Positions 38,652-52,019 of a DNA stretch of 64,000 nt are shown here, one piece after another (position 1 is the first letter of the stretch; every line of letters begins with the position of its first letter). A model generated the notes under the pieces. The model ran no database searches. It was not told the origin of the DNA and saw only the letters and a program-made list of their open reading frames with translations. The stretch is from Squalus acanthias (lineage: Eukaryota), in contig CM059431.1 of assembly GCA_030390025.1 (NCBI GenBank), positions 116,128,001 through 116,192,000 of the forward strand. The letters run 5' to 3'. A program made the position numbers and the translations under genes.

Positions 38652-40598
38652 TACCTTACTTTGACAGAGGATTAATGCAGGTGAAGGAGCGTCTTCCCAA
38701 AGAAAGCTAGGACAGCAGAGCAGATGGCATCATTACGATATGTGAATGCCTGACAATCATAATGTTGGATGCTTTCTGAGAAGCATCGCAGTCAGAGTAT
38801 GCCTTGCTTTCAATGGCACTGCATGAAGAAGGCTGCAAAGGTGATCAAGAGCCAATGTTACTTAATTGGCCACACCAGACGATATGCCACCAACTATTTC
38901 CGCACACGTGACTGGCAATGACCATGGAGACCGTTCTCTCATGGTCTGGGGATGGTACAATGCATTGGCGCACAGAGGGCGATGCTCCTTCCTAATCACC
39001 TCATGAGGTACTGCTTCGATTTCAGCAGCCATCAAACGTGGTCAGGTGTGAAACTGCTCTGTCACTTACCTACGGATTCATCCCTGCATCTTGGGTTTCC
39101 ATTTCTTTCATTTTTATCTGTCTCTTCTTTGTCCTCTGCCCTTTTGGAATATTGGGTGTAAACAGCCCATGATCCTTTCAGTCTGTCTGAAACTCACCAT
39201 TAGCCAATCTGACAATATCCTAAAAAAGGAAAATCTGGTGTAAAACCGGCACAATATATACAAATTTCCTGGCGCGTGGTGATGTGCCTGATCTGTGCCA
39301 ATGGCATGGCCTCAATCACATTGGTCTGTGCTGTTTTTAGGGGTCCCTGGTGACCACCTGAAAGCAGCGTTGGACCAAGCTAAATATGCAAAGAAGGGTC
39401 CTGTGCCTCTTTTCAGGACCCATCTGCAAAATGTGCCATGCCTTCTCCGACTAATTTTTCCAGTGTTACAGTGGCCTAGCCTACTGTTCTTAATGGGATT
39501 GCTGGAGGCTGATGAAGAAATGGTAGGGAAATTCTTTTTTGACTTTTACTCCTGTGGAGCGGTGAGGAGCAGGAGTCCTCCTCCCAGCTGCACAGCACTA
39601 CTGCCCACTGCTGCCGCCCTGTGCTCGGCCTCCTCACGTTTTCCTCTGCCCTGCCTCCAAGGACTCACCAGCAGTCCGCTACTGGCGGGGCAGGAGGTCC
39701 ACATTCAATCCCCGCGATCGGATGAGCTGCCTCTGGAGGCGCGACATGCGTCGGAAACTTACTTCCATTATTAAAATGAAGCCAAGGACTCAATTTCAGG
39801 TGAGCTGCTGGCCTCCAGCTTCGGGCAGGGACCTGCAGGGTGTCATATAATTTGGGCCTGAAAACGAGCCCAAACCAATTTCTCCTCCGTTGTTTCTACA
39901 GCCTAACAAATTATATCAAGTTAAAAGCAATCACACATCAATTATGGTTCATAAATAAACCTGCATTAAAAGCAAAGAATTTTTTAATTCTAATTTCTCT
40001 CTGAATCTCAGATTAGTGGCGTTCCCCCCTCTTGGTTCAAATCATTCTGCACATATTCAATCTGAAACAAAGGGCTGGATTTTGCCAGGCCCGAGGAGGC
40101 GGGTTTGAAGGCGGGTCAGGTGGGAAAGTTGCCAAAAATGGCGGCGGGCTCCGATCCCGCCTTCAACCCGCCTCTGCGCAACTTTCCCAAATGCGGGCTT
40201 GCAGACCCCGTTTCAGTCCCACCTCCAAGAAGCAGGATAGGCCCTTAATGCACTTAACAACCACTTAAGTACCTCGATAATGCCATTTTGATAGGCCTTT
40301 CAGAGTTTACCACATTTCCCCCGTGCTGCACGTCTCCCCTGGAACACGCCAGCTAGTCCTGTCGGGTTCACAAGTGGATGGCTTACTAACAGCTACAGCT
40401 CAACCATAAAAACGGAGTTTTCCACAATGATCATTTGCAGGTGGCAGAACTTTGTTTTTTCAGGTCTGGGAGAACTTTTTGCAGGTCTACTGATTTTGGA
40501 AGTGTTGAAGCTGAGATCCAGCTGCAGTGTGACCTCCTGGGAAACCCCTCTCCTCACCTTGACTGAGCGCTTCCTCAACTGAGGTACATACCAGCAGC

Positions 40599-41845
40599 AT
40601 GGGAACCATTTATTTCCTTTCCTCCTGGACCTCAGATTCGGATGAAGGCCAGCCGTGGCAGCAGCAGAACCCGGAACAACAGCAGCACCAACAGCAGGAG
40701 CAACAACAGGAGCGCCAACCTGCTGCTCACCCACATGAAGCTGCACAGGCCAGAAGGCGCCAGCGCAGGGAACAACGTCGCCGCAGGAGATACCCCAAAA
40801 CAGGGTTTACAAACAGAGGATGAGCTACCTCAACATGACTGAGCAGCAGTGCCAAAGGAGGCTCAGACTTTCGCGAGAGGTAGTGGGTGACATCTGCGCA
40901 ATGCTGCAGCAAGACCGGGAGCCCAGAGGAGCGGGTGGACACCCCTTACCAGTGGCCATCAAAGTTACCACCGCACTCAAATTTTTTGCTTCAGGCTCAT
41001 TCCAGGGATCAGCAGCAGACATCAGCGGCATCTCCCAGGCAGCCGCACACACTTGCATCATGCAGGTAACCGATGCCCTCTTTGCCATCGCGCACAATTA
41101 CATCAACTTCTCCAAGGATCAAGCAAGTGTAACCGCGTGTGCAGTTGGATTTGTTAATCTGGCAGGATTTCCAAGGGTGCAGGGCATCGTAGCCTGCACA
41201 CATGTGGCCCTTAAGGCACCCCATCACAATCCAACTCTTTTTGTCAACCGCAAGGGCTTCCACTCCCTCAACGTGCAGCTGGTGTGTAACCACAAGAAGG
41301 AAATTTTGCATGTTTGCGCCAAGTACCCTGGCAGTTGCCATGACTCCTTCATCCTACGGCAGTCTAGTGTGCCTCTGCTCTTCGGTCTGCCAAACCAAAT
41401 TTGCGGATGGCTACTTGGAGACAAGGGCTATCCCCTGAATACGTGGCTAATGACGCCGTTGAGGAGGCCATTCAACGCAGCTGAGGAGCGCTACAACTCC
41501 AGCCACATTTCCACCAGATCCATCATTGAGCAAACCATTGGCTTGCTGAAGATGTGATTCAGATGCCTTGATAGATCAGGTGGAGCCCTGCAGTACTCAG
41601 CAGCCAGGGTCGCCAGAATCGTCGTGGTCTGCTCTGCACTGCACAACATGGCACAGCATCGTGGTTTGCAGCTGCCTGAGGTACAAGTGACTCATCGCAT
41701 AGCCTCCTCAGATGAGGATGAGGAGGAGAAGGAGGAGAGCGAGAATGAAGAGCTTGCGGAGGCGCATCAACCAGCGGCTGCAGCACGTGATAACATTGCT
41801 GCCCGGGATGCAAGTGATGCACTCATCTTGGCCAGATTTGCTTAG
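40599..41845 (+). pseudogene. Harbinger DDE transposase (frameshift at ~40795, first catalytic D changed to A, CGA>TGA at 41555)
   Basis: [33 protein letters not shown], ending LILARFA*. Confidence 0.9.
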
Positions 41846-42091
41846 GCTGACGAATCAAACACATTTGGCTCGCACCTTCTTACCACACCATCAACAATGG
41901 ACCAGAACCTACGGCTTCCTATCACTCTGACCACCATACTGACAATTCCAAGTCGCCCTGAGCCCTCAGTGTGGAAGTCCCATTTGTGAAATGACGCAGC
42001 CCACAAATTCAACAGTTTGCCATCAAGTCATTTTATAACATTAATTCATCTATGGCATTTCACAATTAAACACAACAGAACACCCAAGTGA

Positions 42092-42935
42092 CTACTCTTG
42101 TGAATTATTGTGTTTTATCTTCCTCTTACGTGTGCTCCTACGTAGTGCTTCCCCTGTGGCTTCAGCAGATGTGGAGGCCCCTTGCTCACTTTCCAGCCTT
42201 GGCACCTTTGGCGGGGGTCCTCTGGGGTTGCGAGCCTGTGAGGGCTCGGCAACAGTCTGCTTCTCCTGCGGCTGTGCAGGGGCTGAGACACCCATTTCAG
42301 TTGGGTGAGGACTCTGGTGGGGCACTGATCAAGGGCTCCACAATGGCATGGTTGTGTGAGCGCTTGGAGAGGAGCCCCCACTTCCTTGTTGCCTGCCACC
42401 AACATCCCTCTTCTGGGTCAACTCTTATGGGTCAACGCCACTTCAGAGCTAGCAAGTGGCTTGACAGCACCTTGCTGCACTTCAGGGAGGCCATGAGGAC
42501 CCATTTCTGCACTGGCAGTCCTACTCCAGAGGACTTCCATGAAGCTCTGGTTTCTCTGCTCAATAGCTGCCCATCGCTCCTCCAGAGATGTCAGTCTATT
42601 CTGAACAACGACCATGTTTTCAACACTCTGGTGACTTAGCTCCTCCATGGCCGTAGCCATCCTCTCCTCTACCGTAGCCATCCTTTCCACAGAGGTTGCC
42701 ATCCTTTCCGTGGTGATGCATTCATGCGCCAATGCCTCCACAAAGGCTCTGCTCATGTTTGCGATGGACTCCTCCATCCGCTCGACACTCACAGTGACCC
42801 TGGAGACAAAACCTGCCAGAGACTCCTGCACCTGTTCCTGGAGTTCCAGCACCGCTCTCCTTCTGGATGGACCCGGAGGCATAGGGTCAACATGTAGCTG
42901 AGCCGAGCTGGGAGCGGCCTGCGCCCTCTGATGAC
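42092..42935 (-). pseudogene. Myb/SANT gene exon 3 fragment
   Basis: PSRRRAVLELQEQVQESLAG...RRSTRKRKIKH. Confidence 0.8.
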
Positions 42936-43205
42936 TCTATTGGGGGCGGGTTGGGGGCTGGTCAGGTGGTCAGCGATTCCCACCCCCGCCTCCAATGTGA
43001 GGCGGGATAATTTGACGATTTTGCCCTAATTGGGCACTTGATTCCAGCGTGTGGGAACCCCTACCCCAATGAGTTTTTTGGTCCTGAAACTCACCTCAGA
43101 TGACGTCATTGATGCAGCTGCATTTAAGGCCTGCAAGCAGCCTTGGTTCATTTTCTGCCTAACTACTTTTTTGGGGGACACTTCTGAGGGATGGGTGGTG
43201 CATAG

Positions 43206-43420
43206 ATGTCAACTTCAAGGTCCAAGGCTGCACCCCACTTTGATGAGGACTCCCTCCTTGCTCTGGTGGAGGGAGCCAGAGCTCAGAAAGAGGTGTTGTT
43301 CCTTTCTATGGGAGGGAAAAACCTCCCCAGCAGGCCAAAGCTGTGTGGCTGCAAGTGGCACAGGAGGTCAGTGTCATCTCAATGTGCAGCAGAACCTGGC
43401 TGTAGTGCAGAAAGAGCTTT
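43206..43420 (+). pseudogene. Myb/SANT gene exon 1 fragment (inverted relative to exon 3)
   Basis: MSTSRSKAAPHFDEDSLLALVEGARAQKEVLF. Confidence 0.8.
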
Positions 43421-43699
43421 AAATGCTTCTTGAATGTTGTGAGGGTTCCTGCCTCTACCACCCTTTCAGGCATTGAGCTCCAGATTCCAACCACCATCTG
43501 GGTGAAAAAGTTTTTCCTCAAATCCCCTCTAAATCTCCTGCCCCTTACCTTGAAACTATGCCCCCTGGCTATAGACCCCTCTACTAAGGGGAAAAGTTCC
43601 TTTCTATCTACCCTATCTATGCCCCTCATAATTTTGTACACCTCAATCAGGTCTCCCCTCAGCCTTCTCTGCTCTAAGGAAAACAACCCCAGCCTGTCC
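43421..43699 (-). mobile_element. CR1 LINE fragment
   Basis: LGLFSLEQRRLRGDLIEVYKIM...RKNFFTQ. Confidence 0.85.
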
Positions 43700-43702
43700 A
43701 AA

Positions 43703-44547
43703 AGGCGTGATTTTGCCAGCCCTGGGGAGGCGGGTTTGGAGGTGGGACTGCCGGGAAAATGGCAGAATCTGGGGGTGGGTGCCCATCGCGCCCCCAACCC
43801 GCCTCCGTGCCATCTTGCCAGGAGGCAGGTAACCGACCCGCGCCGGGTCCCGTCTCCTTGGAGGCGGGAAGGGATTGCAACTACTTAACTGCCTGTTAAC
43901 AGGTAGTTAACAGGCAGATAAGAGAATTATCCCCATTTTACCCACACAACTGCGGGCTTCCCGAAGGCTGCGAATCCCGCCAGGGTTATCGAGGCGAGCA
44001 GTGGGTCGGCGGGGGTTGGAGGGTTGCAAAAGTGCGCTGTGAAGGTAAGTGATGGGTGCAAGTGTGGAGAGGTGAGTATGTGAGGTAAGTGGAAAGTGTT
44101 AGAAAAAGTTTACTTACCTTTGTTTCTTCCTGCAGGCTTCAATCGGTGGGTATGCGAAGAGTCTCGCACCTCCGCGGCAGAGATGACAGATGGCCGTTGC
44201 ATTCTCCAATGCAACAACCATCTAATTTCTGCTAAAGAAAGAGGTTTGATGAGTTTTGAATTCAAGAACTCATCAAACTACGTAGAATGTCAGTGTTTGA
44301 CAGCTTCACAGAGCTGTCAAACAATGACAATTCATCTGTCAAAATTTTTTGACAGATGAAACGTCATACGCTGACATTCTCTGTAACCGGCTTCCCCTTA
44401 ATTGGCCTGCTAAGCCCACTGGGTGAGCTTCACAAGGTCAATCAAGGAAAAATAGCGTTGGTTGGCCAGAAGTCGATGGAGGCGGGATTGAAACCCGACA
44501 AGTGTGAGTCCCGCCTCCAAAAGCTCCCCGTTGGCAAAATCCAGCCC
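43703..44547. mobile_element. MITE family B
   Basis: TIR AGGCGTGATTTTGCC / GGCAAAATCCAGCCC, with AAA on both sides. Confidence 0.85.
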
Positions 44548-45360
44548 AAAATCATTTCCCTGAAAGAGAATCTGACAACCTTTCTACTTTTAGTGAGCAC
44601 TGTAGCTCTTTTGAAGACTGTATATTTGTAATTCTAATCTCCAACTTATCCTGCTGTGCCAGGCAGATCTGCAATGCTTGGCTGATGCTTTTGAGCAGGA
44701 CCCTTGAGAGATTGAGGTTGCGCTTTTTTCACTTTGGTTATGGTCCATTTCACCTTAAAGAAGAAATTACAGAAGGTACTCCACGAAATGGAATATAAAC
44801 CTGTGTCAGAAAGCATTCCTTAATGGGGGTGAGAACGGGTGCTGACAGCTAAATACTTACCATATAAGAAACTTTCACTGTTTCCTTATGTGCTTAGCTG
44901 TGAATAAAACAATTCATGCAGAGAAACAATGGGGTTTGAAGAGTAGTGTGGAACATCTTGATTGCTGCTGATAAGTTCCAGGTGACGTGCAATGCAGTGA
45001 AGGCAAGGTGGTTGCTACTGGGAACCATGTTTATTATAGTATAATGTTACAAGACATGACTGCCCCCTGTTACCGTGACTGCCTTCAAAAGTCATTGGAC
45101 TTCTTGCGCCATTGAATAGTTGTGCATGGGGTTGCAGGAGGGGGCGGTCATTGCCATGGTCTCCTACTTACATGGGCCTCGATCATGCTTTTCATGGACC
45201 TCCTTCCCTTGGGGCAAAAGGATGGGCCCTCCTTTGCCGGATTGCAGTCACTTACACCTCAAGTGAAGAGTCTTTAAATTAGTGGGCCTTGGTGTTCTGA
45301 AGAATCACTAGCATCAGACGTTGCAGTGAGTTACATTATTTACATTATTACATTACACCG

Positions 45361-45660
45361 GGCAAACACGGTGGCATAGTGGTTAGCACTGTTACCTCAC
45401 AGCGCCAGGGACCCGGGTTCGAATCCGGCCCCGGGTGACTGTCTGCGTGGGTTTCCTCCGGGTGCTCCGGTTTCCTCCCACAGTCCAAAGATGTGCAGGT
45501 TTAGGTTGATTTGGCTATGATAAATTGACCCTTAGTGTTAGGGGGGATTAAATACGTGGGGTTACGGGGATAGGGTGGGATATGTGTCGGTGCAGGCTTG
45601 ATGGGCCGAAATGGCCTCTATCTGCACTGTGGGGATTCTGTGATTCTGATTCTGTGATTC
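45361..45660 (+). mobile_element. HE1-like V-SINE
   Basis: A and B boxes, the V-domain, and a (GATTCT/GATTCTGT)n tail. Confidence 0.8.
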
Positions 45661-46766
45661 CACAAAATGCTATTCCGCCCTCCCCAAGATGGAATCCTCT
45701 GAGGAGTGCACTAATCACACTGGGAACCAACCCTGAACATTAAATGAAGTTCCAAGGCGAACAATTACAGTGGTCATTGGTGCTGAAACAATGCCAAGAA
45801 GTGCACAAGCAGCTGTAGTGCTAAACTGGACAAGGAGGAAAATCTTGGCCATAGACTCAGGATCAGTGAACTCTCTCCATATAATATGGAATTTTGCTTT
45901 ACAAATTTCTACATAATTTCACCTCATCATCAGATTTATTTCAGCAAAACAAAAAAGAATAAATAAAATAATTGCAGCAATTTGCATAGTTTTTCAAATG
46001 AAGAATTTTTTTCCATATCTAAGAAGTTTATTTTCCATCAATTTTTCTACCCTTTGGGCCTAATTAATATTTATTTCACTTTTATGTCTTTGAGTTCTGT
46101 CCAATTTCAGATTGTTAGGCACATCCCTCCTGAATTGCTTGACTTTTTTTTGCTAATAGACTAGTTAATGTTGCAAACAAAGTATTCCTGCTCAACTGCT
46201 TGTGCTTGTGTACCAATAAAATGTACCATGTGGGAGATATTTAACCAAATTGTCCAGTCAGCAACATTCTGTCCCAATATCCTATAGAAAGATAGGTATC
46301 TGGTAAATAACTATTTTGGTTTGTAACAATATGAGCCCCAAATAAAAATATTACTAAGAGACATTAGAACTCTGAAACATTGCTTTAAAAATGTATATTG
46401 CAGATAAAATCCTTTATTAACTGATGTGAAAGATTGTACTTCATACAATAATATTGATTTTGATAGGTGCCTGTTCCGTATATAACGGGCTCGATTTTGC
46501 CAGTGTGGGCGGGCTGGGGCGTGTCAGGTGGCATTCGTGTCAGGACCCCGACTCCGAAGTGAAGTGGGGAAAACGTGCGATTTTCCCCTAATTGGGCAAT
46601 TGATTTCCAGTGTGTGGGAACCCCTGGCCCAATGAGTCTTTTCATTCAGAAATTCGCCTCCGATGATGTCATCAATGCTGCTGGATTTAAGGCCTGCAAG
46701 CAGCCTTGCTTCTTCTGGAGACTGCAAACTTTATGGTGATTGTAGTAAGGACTTCATTGATCGACT

Positions 46767-48732
46767 ATGTCCACCAGCAGGCAAAAGTGTGTTTCACGCT
46801 TCGATGAGCCCTCCCTCCAAGCTCTGGTGGAGGGAGCAAGATCGAATAAGGAGGTGCTCTTCCCTTCCTCAGGGAGAAAAAAGCCACCCCAGCAGACTAA
46901 AGCTGTGTGGCTGCAAGTGGCCCAGGAGGTCAACTCCACATCGATGAGCCGCAGAACCTGGCTGCAGTGCAGGAAGAGGTTTCATGACCTTCTCCACAAA
47001 GGAAAAGTGAGTATGACTTTCCCATCATCCTCAATCTGATCCCCATCACCTCTCCTCACCAGCACTCTGCTTTGCCAACCTCTTCCTCCACATCCCACTT
47101 GACACTTACATCCCTGCAACCTTACCCATTGCCTCCCTCTCTATGGACACATTCACTTAACTATTCGACTATGTAGCCCTCACACTCCTTATCACTGTGA
47201 TGCAACAACAACAACAACTTGCAACACACAGGGAGGACCCTGTGTCTCCTTCTAAGCATCTATGCTATGCATTCTCTATACTCACTCCTTCATTCTCACT
47301 CAAACTCCACTTGTGTTCCTCATTGCAGGAAAAGAGAGCCCACAATAAGAGGGAAAGAGCCATGACAGGAGGAGGGCCACCCTCAGTAGCCCAGCTCACC
47401 GCCTGGGAGGAGGCGGTCCCAGAACTCGCCGGGATCGAGGACGATTCCCAAGTCGGGGGCGAGCAGACGGGTGCCTCACAGCAAGTTGGTGACAGACTAG
47501 TTTGGCATCTCTCTCATTGACATTGCATGAGTCACTGATAATGATTCTGATGCTCTAACAGGTTGACTTATGATCATCTGCACTATTCAATGTGCATATA
47601 ATCTTGACCTCACATCTCTAACTCTTTCCTTTACTCCCCCACAGGACCATCGAAAGCCCCTGTCCCCGCTATCCAGGAGGAACAGCCTGAGCTTCCAGAC
47701 TCCTCAGAGGAAGCTGCAACCTCTGAGGGCGCAGCCTCAGCAGAATTAAGTGCACCCAGCACCAGCGCAGACACTCACACCTCGGTGGGACCTTCGCAAG
47801 ATAGAGAAGTGTTGTCACCTGGTGTATCACAGATCACAAGTGAGCATCAGCAGATGGTGGAGACAGGGACAGCAGTGGAGAGTCCTCGTCGGAGGGCGCA
47901 GGACTCTGCCAGCTCGGCTCAGCTGCATGTCGACCCTGTGCCTCTGGGTCCATCCAGTAGGAGAGCGGTGCTGGAACTTCAGGAACAGGTGCAGGAGTCT
48001 CTGTCAGGTTTTTTCTCCAGGGTCGCTGCGAGTGTGGAGCGAATGGAGGAGTCCATCGCTAACATGAGCAGAGCCTTTGTGGAGGCATTGGCACATGAAC
48101 GCATCACCGCGGAAAGGATGGCAACCTCCATGGAAAGGATGGCTACCTTCGTGGTAAGGCTGGCTACCGTAGAGGAGAGGATGGCTATGGCCATGGAGGA
48201 GCTTAGTTGCCAGGGTTTTGAAAACATGTTCATTGTTCAGAATAGACTGGCATCTCTTGAGGAGTGATGGTCAGCTATTGAGCATACAAACCAAACCTTC
48301 ATGGAAGTCCTCTGGAGTAGGACTTCCAGTGCAGAAATGGGTCCTCATGGCCCCCCTGAAGTGCAGCAAGGTGCCATCAAGCCACTTGCTAGCTCTGAAA
48401 TGGGGCTGACCCATGAGAGGGATGTTGGTGGCAGACAACAAGGAAGTGGGGGCTCCTCTCCAAGCGCTCACAAAACCATGCTACTGCAAGGCCCTCGGTC
48501 AGAGCCCCACCAGAGTCCTCACCCAACTGAGATGGGCGTCTCAGCCCCTGCAGAGTCACAGGAGCGGCAGACTGTTGCCGAGCCCTCACAGTTTCGCAAC
48601 CCCAGAAGATGCCCATCAAAGGCGTTGAGACAGATGCAGCAAGAAAGTGAGCAAGAGGCCTCCACATCTGCTGAAGCCACAGGGGAAGCACCACGTAGGA
48701 GCACACGTAAGAGGAAGATAAAGCACAAGTAG
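46767..48732 (+). pseudogene. Near-intact Myb/SANT-coiled-coil gene: exons 46767-47006, 47329-47488, 47645-48732 (495 codons), single CGA>TGA at 48265
   Basis: All four splice sites are canonical and phase-compatible (0, then 1). The frame is otherwise open from MSTSRQK to RKRKIKHK*. Confidence 0.85.
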
Positions 48733-48990
48733 TCACAAGGGTAGTCACTTGGGTGCTGTGATATATTGTATTTGGACCAGCCATCCTTGTCATGGTAGCA
48801 TAAACAGATTTGATGGCAAACTGTTGAAGTTGTGGCCTGTGTCATTTTGCAAATGGGACTTTCACATTGAGGGCTTAGGGTGACTTGCAATTGTCAGTAT
48901 GGTGGTCAGAGTGATAGGAATCCGCAGGTTCTTGTCCATTGTCGATGCTCTGGTAAGAAGGTGTGAGACAAAAGTGTTTGATTCTGCAGG

Positions 48991-49214
48991 CTAAGCAAAT
49001 CTGGCCAACATGAGTGCGTCCCTTGCATCCCGGGCAGCAATGTGGTCGCGCGCTGGTGCCTTCTGGCCTGTGCAGCTTCAGGTGGGTGAGCAGCAGCTTG
49101 GCGCTCCTGTTGTTGTTGCTGTTGGTGCTGCTGTTGCTCATGGTTCTGCTGCTGCCGCGGCTGGTCTTCGGACAAATCTGATGTCCAGGAAGAAAGGAAA
49201 TAAATGGTTCCCAT
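48991..49214 (-). pseudogene. Transposase remnant (N-terminus joined to last codons, ~1 kb deleted at ~49050)
   Basis: [10 protein letters not shown]...AQARRHQR is joined directly to the sequence encoding ...ARFA*. Confidence 0.85.
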
Positions 49215-50806
49215 GCTTCTGCTATGATCTCAGTTGAGGAAGCGCTCAGTCAAGGTGGGGACAAGAGTTTCCCAGGAGGTCACACTGGAGATGGGTCTCA
49301 GGCTCCAAACTTCCACAACAATGAGTAGGCCTGCTAAAAGTTCCCCCAGACCTGAGACAACAAAGTTCTGCCATCTGCAAATGATGATTGCTGAAAACTC
49401 CTTTTTAATGGTGGAGCTGCAGCTGTTAGTAAGCAATCCACTTGTGAGGCCGCCAAGATTACCTGGCGTGTTCCAGAGGAGGCGTGTAGGATGGGGAAAT
49501 GTCTAAAATCAGAAAGGCCTCTCAAAATTGGATTATAGAGGCAATTAAGTGGTTGTTAAGGGCCTATCCCGCCTCTTGGAGGCGGGATGAAAACGGGGTC
49601 TGAAACCCCGATTCTGAGAAAATTGCTCGGAGGTGGGATGAAGGCGGGATCGGGCCCGTCCTCCATTTTTGTGCGATTTTAACACCTCATACGCCTCCAA
49701 ACCCGCCTTCTCGTGCCTGGCAAAATCGAGTCCAACTACTCTGTGGACATATCAGGAAATTTCAGGTGCACTTGCTGCAATTTTCCACTCACTTGGATGG
49801 AAAATTGGGGGAGCTGCCTGCAATTTCCTGATCTGTAGTCTAATTGCGTGGGGCAGTGTCCCCACAATTTCTAGATATGCACTACTAGTGGATGAGGCTT
49901 CATGCAAAGAGGACACCTTTATACACTTTACCTTTCCATCTCTAGTGTTGCCTGAACTTTTTATATTTTATCCTCTGGTTCCATGATGACAGCAATGACT
50001 AAGAAAATGCTATTCGGCTCTTTATGCCAATTTCATTTACAGCCCGTGTCCAATCAGTTCCATCACTGACTCTGCCCGAAATTTGAATATCCTGAAGAAA
50101 GGTTCTGCCAGAACCAAAGGTCAATCAACTAAAGTTAAAAAATTAAGGTCCTAGATCTTACAATCTAGACTAATTGCCTTCCTTTGGGATGATATCTCCA
50201 TAGTTACAGCATTTGATTATCTCTATCTCATTTTATCTTTAAAGCTTTCAAATATTCAACCAGCTCTTGGAAAATAAAATGGTTAATTAACAGGGCCTCA
50301 ATTTATCATCTGTGAATATATTCCACATCCCCATAACTCTGAGGAGGAAAAATAAAACCCTTTAATCTTGTCTTGCTTGATGCATGTTAATTTTATTCTC
50401 ATTGTCTGCTGGTCTGAGTAAAGTTGAAGATTGCACCAGGCAGTCGAGAAATGTTGTGCAGCAAACATTGTCTGCAATGCAGGCTGCCATTGAGCAGCAA
50501 ACAGCCTGAGTGGTGCCTACAAGCAAGACCGAAAGCACGCTGGTTGCGGAAATAGTTGGAGCAGGTCTCCACTGATGATGCCAAGATACTGGGGTCAAAA
50601 GTCCAAGATATGATCAAGGTAGATTTCTAAACTGTTGGACTTGCATTCAGGACAATCGTAAAAGAGGGATTGAGAGGTGGCATAACAGTGCAATGGCCTG
50701 TGCTCATGGGAACCTTTATCCAGTGTTAGGGGTTTGCCTCAAATAGTGGCACATGCAAAGAAGTAAAGAAACAGGCTGGTTGCTCTCAAGTCACCACCAG
50801 TCCTCG

Positions 50807-51658
50807 AAACTCAAAAGGTTAGTATGCAGGTGCAGCAAGTGATTAAGAAGGCAAATGGAATGTTGGCTTTCATTGCTAGGGGGATAGAATATAAAAATAG
50901 GGAGGTATTGCTTCAGTTGTACAAGGTATTGGTGAGACCGCACCTGGAATACTGCATACAGTTTTGGTGTCCTTACTTAAGGAAAGACATCCTTGCTCTC
51001 GAGGCAGTGCAAAAAAGGTTCACTCGGTTAATCCCGGGGATGAGGGGGTGGTCATATGAGGAGAGGTTGGGTAGATTGGGACTCTACTCATTGGAGTTCA
51101 GAAGAATGAGAGGCGATCTTATTGAAACATATAAGATTGTGAAGGGGTTGGATCGGGTGGATGCGGGGAGGATGTTCCCGATGACGGGTGAGACGAGAAC
51201 TAGGGGACATAGTCTTAGAATAAGGGGCTGCTCTTTCAAAACTGAGATGAGGAGGAACTACTTCACTCAGAGGGTGGTAGGTCCATGGAATATGCTGCCA
51301 CAAAAAGCTGTAGAAGCTACAACATTAATTAAATTTAAAACAGAAATAGACAGTTTCCTAGAAGTAAAGGGCATTAAGGGTTACGGGGAGCGGGCAGGAA
51401 TTTGGACATGAGTCTAGGTTCGGATCGGTCATGGCCCTGTGGGTAGTGGAGCGGGCCCAGGGACTGTGTAGCCTGATTCTGCTCCTATTTCGTGTGTGCA
51501 ATTCTGTTAGATGCAGGAGATGGTTCTGTGATAGATAGTAGATTGGCGGTTAGGATCAGATCAGCCATGATCTTATTGAATGGCGGAGCAGGCTCGAGGG
51601 GCCGATTGGCCTACTCCTGCTCCTATTTCTTATGTTCTTATGTTCTTATGTTCTTATG
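50807..51658 (+). mobile_element. Young 5'-truncated CR1 LINE (open ORF2 C-terminus 50824-51411)
   Basis: Uninterrupted 195-aa CR1 C-terminal frame and a (TTCTTATG)n tail. Confidence 0.92.
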
Positions 51659-52019
51659 AAATCATTGTAGCCAGTGTTTTTTTATTTGTATACAGAAATA
51701 GCATGTGAGTAAGTCAACAAATACAGAAAAAAAAACGAGAATACTTGACCCTTGAAACATTGTGCTCACAGTTCACTGTCTGCCTGGTCTAGATTCACAG
51801 AAATCTGATGACTCCAAGGGCCCCTGGGATCCTTCCATGGAACCAGTTTGAAAACCTATAGGTGTAGAATTTTACTGCAGTGGTCAACTTTTATTCCACT
51901 AAGAATGCCCTCCAGAATATTGCTCCGTTGTTGCAGATCTGATTTCAGGAGCTGACTCAGCTCAAAAATGGTGTTCCTGTTGAGGTCCAGCTCCCTTGAT
52001 GCTCAGAGAAAAGGCAATC

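Larger units (their letters stand above)
40072..43420 (+). mobile_element. Rearranged Harbinger (copy H3): left end and transposase in place, right part deleted and inverted
   Basis: Left TIR GGGCTGGATTTTGCC. Myb exon 3 breaks at ~42938, followed by the right subterminal region and Myb exon 1 on + without a TIR. Confidence 0.85.
46487..49733 (-). mobile_element. Non-autonomous Harbinger (copy H4): transposase core deleted, Myb/SANT gene retained
   Basis: TIR GGGCTCGATTTTGCC / GGCAAAATCGAGTCC and TSD AAC. Confidence 0.93.

Noticed and set aside
45361..45435. tRNA gene candidates (also ~18360-18428 and ~54468-54540)
   Set aside because: The A/B boxes run directly into SINE bodies, so these are SINE heads.
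50400..50620. Coiled-coil-like peptide (QQTLSAMQAAIEQQTA)
   Set aside because: It contains stops and has no identifiable family. It may be an ancient transposon relic, but I cannot support that.
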